In this document: positions 24,133-36,300 of the stretch, one piece after another | How positions within the stretch are numbered: position 1 is the stretch's first letter | Layout: every line of letters begins with the position of its first letter | NCBI GenBank assembly: GCA_032718475.1 | Contig: JAUCBJ010008274.1 | Location: 1 to 48,063 of the forward strand | Direction: 5' to 3' | Origin: Nemertoderma westbladi | Lineage: Eukaryota; Animalia; Xenacoelomorpha | Length of the DNA stretch: 48,063 nt | The notes under the pieces: generated by a model | Told to the model about the DNA's origin: nothing | Seen by the model: the letters and a program-made list of their open reading frames with translations, nothing else | The model's database searches: none | Made by a program: the position numbers and the translations under genes

Positions 24133-24907
24133 ATACATTATGAGGATCACTTTCAATTTCCTGATTCTTTCCTTTGGCCACAGGTTCACGAGATATGGAC
24201 AATGTATTTCAAAGCCATCTACCGTTTTATTACCCCTGATTTTGATTAATTATAAAGTAGTAACAATCTGTTGGCGAGCTGAATTTTTTTTATTTGGAAC
24301 AGTTCCTCTATAGTCAATGTATAAAAACAAAAATCAGGCAGCTCAAACATACAGCATACATACAGCTCGCCAACACCTTGTTACCACCCTTAGTGCCAGA
24401 AGGATCAAACTTTAAAGGAAAATTATCTCGGTTTGAATTTTTCAAAATACTCCTCCGTTGCCACAATTGTTCAATATAAATCATTTATTAAATGGTTCAG
24501 AAAACTCAAATGGTACCGTAGCCGCGTACATTCTATTATTTCGAAAATAGAATAAGCAGGTTCATTTCAATGCGAACGGAACGGCGGGCTATTTGAATTC
24601 CATTTATTTTGATGATTGGATGGCATTTGTCTAAGCAGTTCTGGCAGTGGACACTGTTATTTCCTACACACACAGTACATGTATAAAGGAATATGTTGCA
24701 TATTAGTTTGGCTCATTCCGCAATTAACAGAGACCGAGAGAGGGCTACTTAGCAAGCATTCAATCAATTTAATTCGATTAAAAAATGATCAGCAATTTCT
24801 TGTAGGTCTTCTTATGCAATAAAAAAAACCTCTTATAATTAATTATTCAAAATACTTCAGTGAAGGCTCTAAAGCTGCACCTACAAGCTACAAGACATTG
24901 ATAATAA

Positions 24908-25876
24908 ATGGCGGCTAGATCTACATACGTAACAGGGAAATTGTTACATAAATTGAAAAACAAAGCGAACAACGAAAGTACCTGCAACAACCCACAAGGT
25001 GTCGCCATAGACAGAGACCTAGAAGAAATTTACGTAGCTGATAAAGGTAACTCACGCATTGTTATCTTTGATAAAGAATTTATATGTAAGAGGTATATAG
25101 ATGACCTTCCAGAAGTAGTTGATATATTGGTAAATGTTATTGAGTCGGATGGTGCTTATATTTACGCTTTGATGTCGACTAAATTCTGCAAGATTAATAG
25201 TGAAGGATGCATACAGATGGTAGACCTGACTCAAAAACACCAGCTGTTTGACGCCGTTTCTATAACTAAATACAGAGACAATTGGATAATAATATGTGAC
25301 GGTGAAACAAATAAAACTATTAAGTTACATAATGGTAAAGAACTAGTGTTTGTATCTCATCACTTAAAGCGAAATGTCAAAAAAATATCGGATTGGAATT
25401 TTCCTCGCAACGCCATGGTAGACAAACCATTGTCAGTTGCAACACCACCTGCTATAGATAGCAACGATATTATATCGTATCCTTGTATATTGATGGAAGG
25501 AGAAATATCTGACCAATCGTATATATTGCAACCACTGAATTTATTTAAGTACATAAAACCGATAGATCTCGGAACAATAACAAGCAATGCGGAGTGGATA
25601 ACTCATCAATGCAAGTTAGGCAAATGTTCACATATTGCTTTTGATGAAAAAGGAAGCCTGTTTATAGCTGGAGTCACGCAGTCTCATATAGCAACGACGG
25701 CTATATATTGTTACGAGAAAGATGTTTTGCTATATTTAGGGGTCGTTGCCATTATTCAAGGTACTATTGGGGGAATGGCAGCGCATAATGGCAGACTGGT
25801 TGTCACGTCAAACGAATGCCTTTATTTCTACGAATATCAATACAAAACTAAAAGTGAGGCATCGCGTAGAGCTTGA
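24908..25876 (+). CDS. Single-exon NHL-repeat / beta-propeller protein (322 aa)
   Basis: Clear NHL unit NNPQGVAID..EIYVADKGNSRIVIFD; further degenerate blades (HIAFDEKGSLFIAG, GGMAAHNGRLVVT). Confidence 0.75.
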   Translation: MAARSTYVTGKLLHKLKNKANNESTCNNPQGVAIDRDLEEIYVADKGNSRIVIFDKEFICKRYIDDLPEVVDILVNVIESDGAYIYALMSTKFCKINSEGCIQMVDLTQKHQLFDAVSITKYRDNWIIICDGETNKTIKLHNGKELVFVSHHLKRNVKKISDWNFPRNAMVDKPLSVATPPAIDSNDIISYPCILMEGEISDQSYILQPLNLFKYIKPIDLGTITSNAEWITHQCKLGKCSHIAFDEKGSLFIAGVTQSHIATTAIYCYEKDVLLYLGVVAIIQGTIGGMAAHNGRLVVTSNECLYFYEYQYKTKSEASRRA

Positions 25877-26284
25877 ATACACATTTCATTATATTTGTTA
25901 GTGTATTGAAAGATCTGTAAAGTTAGTTGTAGTCGAGTCAATCTAGCAAAAAAATCATAAGTATTTCGCAATCAATCCGAACCACATATTTTGGATTCTA
26001 TATTACCTTATTAATCACCAAAAAAATCTATAAAAGATTTTTTATTTTGCGGATCATATGTTTTTATTAATGGTCATTCTGTGTAAATCTGCATAACACA
26101 AGCCAAACAAGAGGAACAGTAGGGAAGAGTAAGTGGCAAATTAGTAATGATCCAGTATAATTTAATTAATTTTCCAATAAGCTTTGATTCAATCTCAATG
26201 TGTAATGAGTAATATTAACACTGTCGTGTTACACATTAATTGCTATATCTCGGTAACTAGAAGTCGCATGAAATTTTTATATAT

Positions 26285-29200
26285 CGTCGCTGATCTGGCA
26301 GAAAGGCCAAAGTGAAAATTTTTAAAAAATTGGGTTTTTGTTGAATATACAATCTTGGGACATTGCGGAGGTGTGGTAAAAACCTCAAAGTAATATCTGC
26401 AACAAAAATCTCACAAATTGTGATGTGCCGAATGAACAAAGTGAGATCGGCAGGAAATCCTATCTGGCAGAAAGGCCAAAGAATATTTACCATATTCTTA
26501 CTTTGCATCTTCTGCTCATTATAACCATTTTAAGTTTAAATACATTTGGCGAAAAAGCCAAAGTGATTTTTCAGCCTACCCCTATTACTTAAGCTGTAGT
26601 GCTAAACTGAAAGTTTACTGTATGTTCTTTTCTTCTGCTCTCTCTATTTAGGAGCCCGCTTGACAGCGGGATACTTACTGTAAGAATCTTCAGGATACAT
26701 TACATTGACTGACACTGACTGACTGATAATTATCTAGGTTAAGGCACTTCCTGCCTGGCGATTTTGATTAAATTTTGCAAGTACATTGCTTTTGAGGTTC
26801 ATAATCGCGTTACAAAATTTCAGATCGATTCTATGTGTGGTATTCAATATATTTAGTTTTTTGACATTGTTTTGTCGCGAAATTAAAAGCAATGGTAAAA
26901 TAACAGCTGGTGTTCATGATGAAATATGGCTTAATATGTTATACACAGTCATAGTAAAACGTATTGGTTGCCAAGTTTTACTAGTAGGCTATAAGGAAAG
27001 TCAATGTTTACTCACACATAAGCTGTTGGTTTCTAATGTATTACCCCATAAGCTGATTGCTCTCCCAGTGCTTCCTAAGGGTATATCTACAATAAGGTTA
27101 CTCACTCTGCTATGTTAGGGGGTGGATCAGGAGAATGAATTTTAGTTACACAAAGCAGTGTGTTGTGTCCTATTGCAGTCGATACTCAACTGTGGATTGC
27201 AAAATGTTTTATAGTTGACCTACACTATAATACAGTAGTTGCATGTATTTAAGGAGCCCGCTCTGGCCTACTGCCTAACTTAGCAGTAATACCTATATTA
27301 CATATACACATATTAAAAATATTCTTATTTTTTTTATTACATACGATTTTTTAGCTGAAACGATTTTTTAGCTGAAGCATTAATAGTGTAAATTAATTTA
27401 ATTATATTTTAATACCATTACTACATTGGCATACTGTAAGATAAGTTTTAATATTTCTTACAAATAGTGGTGCGAGCATAAATCAAATCACGCAAATTTA
27501 AAAGAACCGGGTGTGTTGTCATAGCAAAGTTTCAGTTTTTATTATGTGGGACGAGCCACAAAGTACTGCTGAGAAAGACTGAAAGGTTCAAAGACTGTAT
27601 GTCAACAATGTTATTATTATTATAGTCTGCGCCACAAACAGAATATGCCAAATAATTAAATTAGCAATATAAATTTCAGAAAAATAGCTATCGGACTTGG
27701 CTGAAGAAATCGAATTATAATCCACTTAGTTTGTTATATTGATGATATTATTACTCTCTGGGAATGTGTTGGAATGGGAGATTGTAAATTATTATTGAAC
27801 AGTAAATATTACATATCCCATAAAAGTCGTCATAATTAATTGTGTAGAAACAATTGTTCACCTTCTCGTTTAGATTAATTAGTAAATAAATAAATTAGTT
27901 TAGATATTTTCTGTTAGCGAATTTATTTCGAATAATAAAAAAGTGTGTAGGCCGATTGTATGGTTGTTTAATTTGCGTTATTATTTTTCGCCGCGACCTA
28001 GACTTCTATTAATTGTTAAATCTAATGGTTTTCAAAAAGAAAGGTAACCGTACCTGTACTGGTAAATCTAACTTGTTATTTATCTGGTTGTGAATCATGG
28101 GCATTTTCTTATAAATATTCGGTTGTTAGTGGCAGCAAAGTTTCATTTTTTATTATGTGGGGCAAGCCACAAAGTCAGCTATGTATCATCACACCATTTA
28201 GACAATTGTTTAGTTTAGTATTGGCTAGGATTCTTCCCCCCGGGCTCCTTCCAGCCAGCTTGCTGGCTCTCTAGTGTTGCTAGAGGTATTTAAATTCATA
28301 GGCCAATAATTATTCTTTCCTTCATAACTGTATATTGTCAATGATAAACTGCTTCAGGGATAGGTTATGTTACTGAATATAGTTTGTTGTTACAATTACT
28401 TTAATGTTATTTATTTAACTTCTGCTAGCAATATTTTATTATTATCATATTAATTTTAGTTAAGAGTTCAAACGGATCATAGATTGGTTGTACGTTATAG
28501 GAAAAACTGAATTGGCTTTATTTTGGAACCCTTTACTTTTTATTAATATTACTATAATACTTAATGTTATTTAAAGGCCTATAATTACTACAAATTACTA
28601 TATGAAATACGAATAAATCTATTTGTAATATCATAAACTATGAGTACAGAGGACTTTTATACCCAATGAGTTGCTAGAAATTCTAGACAAGCATGATAGG
28701 ATAGACCTATTAATTAACAATAGAATTATAACAACGGCCATTATCACAGACTAATATCTTAATGACCCCTGATGTTGTAATGTCTCTAGAGCGAGAGTCG
28801 ACAATATCTTAATGAACGAGATTGTTGATAACGACTATTTATCTTAAGAAAGTGGCGATGATGAAAAAGTGTAGAGTACGAAGGATTGATACTATTAGGC
28901 CTAAGGAGGTTGTCTCTAGCATGAATCGTGGTGAGGTTACATATTATGTTAAAATGTTACAAAACCCAAAAGGGGTTCAAAAGGTGAATCTCTAGAAAAT
29001 CGTCAATCTAGAACTAAAGCAAGAGCCGCAGGGGAATCTTATACTAATAGGAAGGGAAAATTCATTGATAGTAAGTAACACGAGTAGAATGTGGCTCCCG
29101 TTATAAATGTTTTAATAACTTTACGTTTGATGATCAAAAACGTATTTTTAATGATTATCGCTCTCAATACCATCGTCTGGTACCACATTGGCAACTTCGA

Positions 29201-29857
29201 CAAACTAATGCCAAACCAATGCTAACTAAGTCAAAGTCAGTGTTCAACTTCTCTTCATAATACGTTATTAATGAAACTCTGATGATAGTTATTCTAGGCA
29301 ATTTATTGCAAACTAATGATAAATATAATGTTTCTGTTCCACTTCTCGGTTAATATAAATCCATTATTAATGGAACTTTAACATTAAAAATTTATTATAA
29401 TGAATTTCTAGGAAATTTATTTCCCTATTTAACCGCTTGTAACAAAAGATTAAAAGCGAAAATTCCGACTTAACCGCTTAAACAGTTGGAAGGTGAAAGT
29501 ATTTCTGATTCAAATTCCATGCAATCTCATGAAGAGTTATAGAAAAATTGGAAGAGTGGGTGGTGTCACTCACTGAAATAGTATACGATTAACAATAATC
29601 ATCACTTTGACTTTTTTGCCAGACATATTTAATATATTTTAGAAAATTCTTGGTGCCAAAAGGTCAAAGTGACCCAGAAACTAGCTAAATATATTTTTTA
29701 CAAAAAAGTAATATATTGTGCGAATGGGAAATTATTTAATTAGTATACGTTCCAAAATACAGCGTAATTCATTTGTTTTTAAAAAAGTTAGAAATAAAAA
29801 CTCGATTATCGCAGAATGTAATTTTTGCACTTTGTCTTTTCAGCCAGATCAGCAACG
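26285..29857 (+). mobile_element. Decayed Sola1-like DNA transposon
   Basis: ATAT|CGTCGCTGATCTGGCAGAAAG ... CTTTTCAGCCAGATCAGCAACG|ATAT (AWWT-type TSD); subterminal GGCAGAAAGGCCAAAG repeats; relic GESYTNRKGKFIDSK..KCFNNFTFDDQKRIFNDY at about 29030-29160. Confidence 0.72.
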
Positions 29858-29863
29858 ATATAT

Positions 29864-29990
29864 CAAAAAATTACAGATATACATTAGGGACTAATTACAT
29901 TACTGTATTAAGGTAACTGATGCAAAAAATTACAGATATACATTAGGGACTAATTACATTACTGTATTAAGGTAACTGATGCAAAAAATT
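29864..29990 (+). repeat. Direct tandem duplication of about 59 bp
   Basis: CAAAAAATTACAGATATACATTAGGGACTAATTACATTACTGTATTAAGGTAACTGATG occurs twice. Confidence 0.85.
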
Positions 29991-30579
29991 ATCTAATTCC
30001 ACGGCATGGAAATGTAATAATTTCCAATAATGTTAGCGAAGATTTTTCACATAATAAAATTGGGATTGTTGTATTGAATTTAGGTGTAATTAATTTATTT
30101 GTTTTAGTTTAAAAATCTCAATAGTTTATCATATGGCTGGTATTTTTAGGGAATAAGGGTTTTTGGGGTCGCCAAATCTGATGGGCTGGGTTACATACCT
30201 CCGTTTTGTAGAGAAGTAGTGTTAATTAATAAGCTTCCCATTCTATACCAGCCAAAATGGCTGTAAAAATGAGTAAATTAAATACAAATTTCCGTTGCTC
30301 CGGAAACTAAATTGGTAACTATGTACTATGTAGTGTGTAGTTCAGTCAATCGATAGTAATTGGACTAAAGTTTGTATACGCCTAGTTTGTAGAAAACCCC
30401 ACCAATTAGTTCTCTTGTTGCTATGTATAATCCATGTTGCTAAGTAAAGAAACAGGAAATTGAAAGTGATCCGCGTAATAATGTATTTTTATAGACTTTT
30501 TTTGGGAATTAACAAGGTAATAAATATAGAGTAAAAAAAGTTGGTTTGGATGAATTGCGAATTTGTTATCGGTTGACCC

Positions 30580-31107
30580 GGTTGGGTGCAATCTTCCCTT
30601 CGCCCGCGTCCAATCTTTGCCCGAGTCAAACCTTCGCCCGGGTAACCTTCGCCCGCAAGGCAATCGTCGCCCGAGAGAAACCTTCGCCCAATAAGATTTG
30701 TGTTAGTAACCATTTTAGTTACCAATTGAGGGAAAGGAGCAGGTTACAGAATCAAAACAATAATACCAATTGAGGGAAGGGAGCAGGTTACAGAGACGGA
30801 TTTTCTAATCAAAACAATAAACGATGTTGATACCAATTGAGGGAAGGGAGCAGGTTACAGAGACGGCTTTTCTAATCAAAACAATAAACGATGTTGATAC
30901 CAATTGAGGGAATGGAGCAGGTTACAGAGACGGCTTTTTCTAACCAAAACAATAATTGTTTAGTGGGCGAAGGTGGCTCGCGGGCGAAGATTGCCTGCGG
31001 GCGAAGGTTTCCGCCGGGCGATAGTTGCTAATTTTGAGGGCGAAGATTGCTCCGGGCGAAGATTGGACGCGGCGAAGCTTTATCGCGGGCAAAGTTTGCT
31101 GCATACC
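30580..31107. mobile_element. Foldback-type MITE with GG..CC ends and an 8-bp TSD
   Basis: TSD GTTGACCC (30572-30579, 31108-31115); arms of CTTCGCCC / GGGCGAAG subrepeats; central 67-bp tandem repeats. Confidence 0.8.
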
Positions 31108-31225
31108 GTTGACCCCCCTTTTTGACTATATTGACTCGCCTATAGGGCCTAAATCGGCGTGTTAGTATATCAAGTACAGATAGTAAATAATATCTCAATT
31201 CCACGTGCCGTTATTCTAACTTGCG

Positions 31226-31830
31226 TTAAATCACCCCTTCGTGTTGTAATAACCAAAGTTTAATGTGAGACATATTAACGCCGCCGGCTGTGTATCGCCC
31301 TATTGAGTTAGCAGTTATACCGTGCTGCCTCAGTTGCTTAGGAACGACCCTATGGCAGGGTACTAGGATAGGGAAAGGGTTTAGTTTCATAGCTCGAGCA
31401 GCCAGTCGGCAATGGGAAGCAGAATATCCGGATAGTTGGGCTAACTGGGAGTATGAGACAGTGGACCCTGTGGGAACCTCGGTCGAGAGAGCGGTAAGGA
31501 TACGGTGTAGGTAGGGTGGAGAATGTGGTGGGAGGTGGAGGGTGAGATCGGGGTGAGGAAGTGGAACCCGGTCTGTTAGCACCTCACAGCTCACAATCAC
31601 CGAAGTATAACTGGAACCACTGATCAATTTGTTTAATTATATTAATTAGCATTCGATATACATTCTTCGATTTCATTGGCTTCAATAATAAGCTGATTGG
31701 AGGTTGATTCTGTTTCTATAGCGACGCCGTGTACACCGTATAGGCAGGTTGTAACGTAAATTCGACCAATGGGGGTGTATATGGCTAAGTGATAAAGATC
31801 AGTTGTGATGCCGCATATTGATATATGCAT
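31226..31830 (-). CDS. MGMT: O6-methylguanine-DNA methyltransferase; reading frame interrupted (pseudogene or 89-nt intron)
   Basis: Active site NPFPILVPCHRVV, HTH VSYSQLAQLSG, KLWLLQHEG, N-terminal TPIG..GVHGV; WFQLYF lies in a third frame between the two listed ORFs. Confidence 0.85.
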
Positions 31831-32989
31831 TGCAAAGGGTCTTTAGTTTCCACCAAATAATAATATTAATATAAAGAAAGCGATCAACCCAATAACGTTA
31901 CTGTCAATAATAAGTAAGTAGTCAATAGAAAAGTAATTGAAGTCTAAACCAGCCAAGTGGCATTGGGAAAAAAATGTTTGATGATTATAAATATTATTAA
32001 CATTAGGTCTCTCATGATAACATAATTTAATTATTAAATATTATATGAAAGTTAATTCGTATAAATAAATTATACTTAGCACAAAATAATTAACAAATTG
32101 TATAACTTATTAATCACAAGTTGTTTTTCTAATCCTAAATACAATTTTTCCGTAAATTTTCGGAATAGTTTTTTCCGGAATGGTGTTAAAATTAAGTTTG
32201 TATTACAAATACATTTTTGTGAAGTACAAAATAGAATATTTAATAAAATAGCACCAAGGTTACGAGCGGTTAGTAGTTTGTTTAGTGTTGGTAGGTAAAT
32301 TGTAATTTTGAATGATATACAGCTTTATGGTACTTTTGGTCAGTTTCCAGTCAGAATTAACAAAATTATTAATGTTGCTCAAACTGTACTGTACTTAATG
32401 ATGTTGGCTGCAGATTTGGGTCAAAAAATACTTTAATGCAGGCCAATTTGTTTTTCGCCAGAAGATAAATTAAAATAATACACTTCTTTATTGTTAAATT
32501 TCTGGATTACTTAACGCTCGTCTACGGACGAGCCGTAAGTAATCCACCTATTTATTTATCGCTCACGCTGTCTTGGTTGCTATTAATAACATAGTGTATT
32601 ATAGCTATTTCTTGTTGCAGCTACCTAATATAGGAAATTACCTAATATAATGTATTTTTTTTATACTAGCTGGTATGTTAGTCAACATGTTAGCTATTAT
32701 TTTTTTAATTATATTACAATTTTTTTAAATAGTTCAAAATTTATATACTTAGCTAGTTTTTGTTATTTTTAAATTGTTGTTCTAGAACATGTTTGCTGGT
32801 ATATAAAAATGTTCCAGAATTTTTTTCTGTAACATTTTTAAGAGGTCTAGAACATAGTGCTAGAAATTTAGTATATAATAGCGAAAATGTTCGTGAATTG
32901 TGAACAAAACATACAAATATAAGAAATGGCCAATATTATCTATTATACATCTTGTTAAGTAAACCAGAAATTTAACAATAAAACAACAT

Positions 32990-33129
32990 ATTATATTGTG
33001 TATAATGTACCTTATCTCATTTCGGTCCCTCGTTTCAATATTTCACTCACTCGCTTCGCTCGTTCGTGTAGATATTAACACGTTCGGGACCAGCGTGAGA
33101 TAAAGTGCTACATTATACACAATATAATA
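32990..33129. repeat. About 140-bp imperfect palindrome with a CTTCG apex, probably part of a non-autonomous element
   Basis: TATTATATTGTGTATAATGTA ... TACATTATACACAATATAATA; centre CACTCGCTTCGCTCGTTCGTG; a second hairpin at 32503-32546. Confidence 0.75.
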
Positions 33130-33387
33130 AATAGTTATTAAATTGCCACGACTTGCACTTCAATATATAACTGGGTGGAATTTTGATAAATTTTAGTTTC
33201 AGAAGATAAAATTAGAGAAGTTGTGTTTCAATAGGTTATCTAAATAAAATAATAAATCATTGAATTAACGTTTCAATGAGATCAATTATAAAAACCCGGA
33301 AATTAGCATTGCTATTTTAGCTATAAAGCGTAATATTAATTATTACAAAAGCAGTTAAATAAAAGTTACGCCTTAAAAAACCAGGAA

Positions 33388-36300
33388 TCATACAACCTCT
33401 GGGCATTTAGACAACCCCGACCATCTGTCCGGCATTTCTAAGAAATATTTATCGATGGCGTTTATGAATCTCTTCCTATAGACATCAGGAAACACAACAG
33501 TGGGCATCTTAGAAGGGTTGTCCTGGGAACTACCAATCATATTGATATGCCATTTACCTACCATCTCCAACTTCTTATCCCAGGTGAAGGTTCGTATGTA
33601 GTCTATAATACCCACAATAAGCTCTTTCTTAGTCACATCAACACCCACCAATAAGGAATAGTCCATGACAGTCTGCTGGAACAAGAAGTCGGTATCGATT
33701 ATAGCCGCCTCTAGTAACACGGACTTTGAGTATTTCCTAACATATAACGGATCTTCATTTAATCGTAAAAGGTAATTATCGTCCATTAAAACCGACGGCG
33801 TACCGGATTTCATTACTGTCATCCGATTCCTACGCGACCCTTTGAGATCGTAGATGATATCCACCTTGCGATTGTAAAATAAATTCTCCATTACAATAAG
33901 ATATTGTTTGGAAGCTGTGTTGGTGGAGGTGTTATTAAACGCGATACGGTACATTCCCAGCACTTTGGCCAACAACGTGGGTTTCTTGCCTTCCTCTTGG
34001 GTTTTCTTGACGTGTTCGAAGTACTTTGGGCCGAACTCAAGAAAAGATTGTGCCTCGTTGTTTGTCATCTGTTTGATAAGGAAACATCCGTCCAACGTTT
34101 TGCAGAATGTGCTGCCTGATTTACCTGCGCCGTGATTCCAAGGGGCGCACTGTGACAACGAACGAATAAAGTCATCTTCACCGCCACTGAAAACGAGTTT
34201 ACGAAACTGAAAGAATTCTTCAGCAAAAAACACGCAGCAAAAGAACTTTGTATGTGCGTCGGAGAATTGGCAAGCGATATGTCTTGGAGATTGTTCATTG
34301 CTATACGTCTCCTCTGCACCCTGAATTTTGTCAGTCGATGTCACTGAATAAAGTACATTTTGACCATGAGGCTGTTTATTATTGGTCTTAATTAAATCAC
34401 CGTCTGGTGGTTCCACAAATGAAATATTAGCATCAGTGTCTTTGAGATTACCATGACGTTTTGATTGACGCGATGTTTTTTCAGGTAAGAGAGCGATACT
34501 CTCAGCTTTAATATCCGCCAATCGAAGTTTATATTCGTTTGAGCAGAGTGTGTAGGCGATGACGGAACTCGGTTGGTTGTCTTTCACCATCACCGGTATT
34601 CCCACTCCCAGAGCAAGTTTGGGATGTTCATCATTTGAAAACGGACTGGTTATTGGAACGTAAGAAGAACCAGATTTCAGTTTCCCCAGCATTTGTCTGA
34701 CAGTTGATTGAGTCTTTGAGAGTTTAGGTTGGCTCTTAACCTTTCTTATTGTTTCAGGGGTCATTGGAGTGGAAGCTGGGTGCTGAAAATCTTCCCTTTC
34801 CCCGCCTGTTGGGTCGTCAATTAAAGCATTTTCAGAGGAATCACTGAAACCATGCGGAGGTGTTGGCGGGCCGTTGTGGAGATCTGCTATTGCAAGTACT
34901 GGCATCGAAACTCGTCTTCGATGGGAAGGTAAAACGCGCAAACCAGAATCACTAGCTTTGCTATTATTATGTTCTTTACTATTATCAGCGCGAGTTTCTC
35001 CAACACTCGAAGAAAATGATCCACTGAAATCGATAGATGGGATTCGTTTAATTATCTTTGGAGTTGGACTGTGATTTGTGTCTGGAACTTCGGGTACTTT
35101 GGAAGGTTTCTTATCTTCATTGAAGTCATCCAGGAGATCTGGTGTGGAAAAATTGTAAGTTAGTGAGGATGGCTTGCTCTCCCTACTGCTGTCATTCGTT
35201 ATAGAAACTTTGGATTTAATTGTGCTGTAGAATGAGGAAAGTTTTTCGTTCCAATGATGCACAGTTTCAAATAATTGGCAATTCAATCTCATCAAATAAT
35301 CTTCGGTTTCCAATAGTGAATGTTTGTCACAGATGGAATTGTCACGTGATGGCTGAGTAAGGTTATTGTTTGTTGATTTAATAAGTATATCTATCTCTGT
35401 TAAAAATTTATGTAGATCAGATGTACAAGCTTCCAATAGCTCATGAATGGTATCACTATCCTCACCAGCCTTTAGTTTTTCTTGTACAGATAAAAATATG
35501 GAACACCCAGTTTGCCGTAGTTGTTCAATTTTCTTCAAAAATACATCAGTATCAAGTTGAGTGCGATTTACATTAATTACTTGAGAAGGTAATACGAAAT
35601 CCATAGGAAATACTTTATTATATTTAAACGTGGCTACAACATCCCCTGAACCAAATGTTTGATAATGGTCGGCCATTAAGGAATGGGGGCATTTCGAAGA
35701 ATCATCTGGTAGCCTTTGTAAACAATGTGCTGCGAAGTTTAGCTGTAAGAATGCAGCGAATGATAAGTGCCATGTGTCTGAACTCATTACTGTTATTGGA
35801 AAAGTATGAAGACATCGCTTACAGCAATTCCACATAAGTATACCCGGCGCTTCTGGTAGTGGATTTCTCAGCTGTTTAACACAAACCTTCACGCACCCTC
35901 CATCCCAAACAAATCGTCGGAAATGGTTAATCATTGGCTGACCGCACTGAGATTGATTGATTGATGCACGACACATGTAGTCGCGCTTAAAACATCGGAA
36001 TTCGAGAAATCCACCGAGAGGAATATCATTCTTTCCATACATGTGCATATTCCTTATAGATGGTGGCATACAGGGCTCGCCTGGTACAGTTCTGTAAGCA
36101 GAAAACAAGGTAGCCAACTGGCAGTGATTGTTTAAATCTAAGCAATTTGTAGCTGCTGGTTCCAATGGGATCATAGGCACTTTAATCGGCAATTTTGGGG
36201 ATAACACCTCCCTACGAATGTCAGCACTATAATCAACATCCCTATTTTTCAGCACATATGTGGCCCCATTCGCTCGGTAATCAGCCAAGATGTCGTCGAT

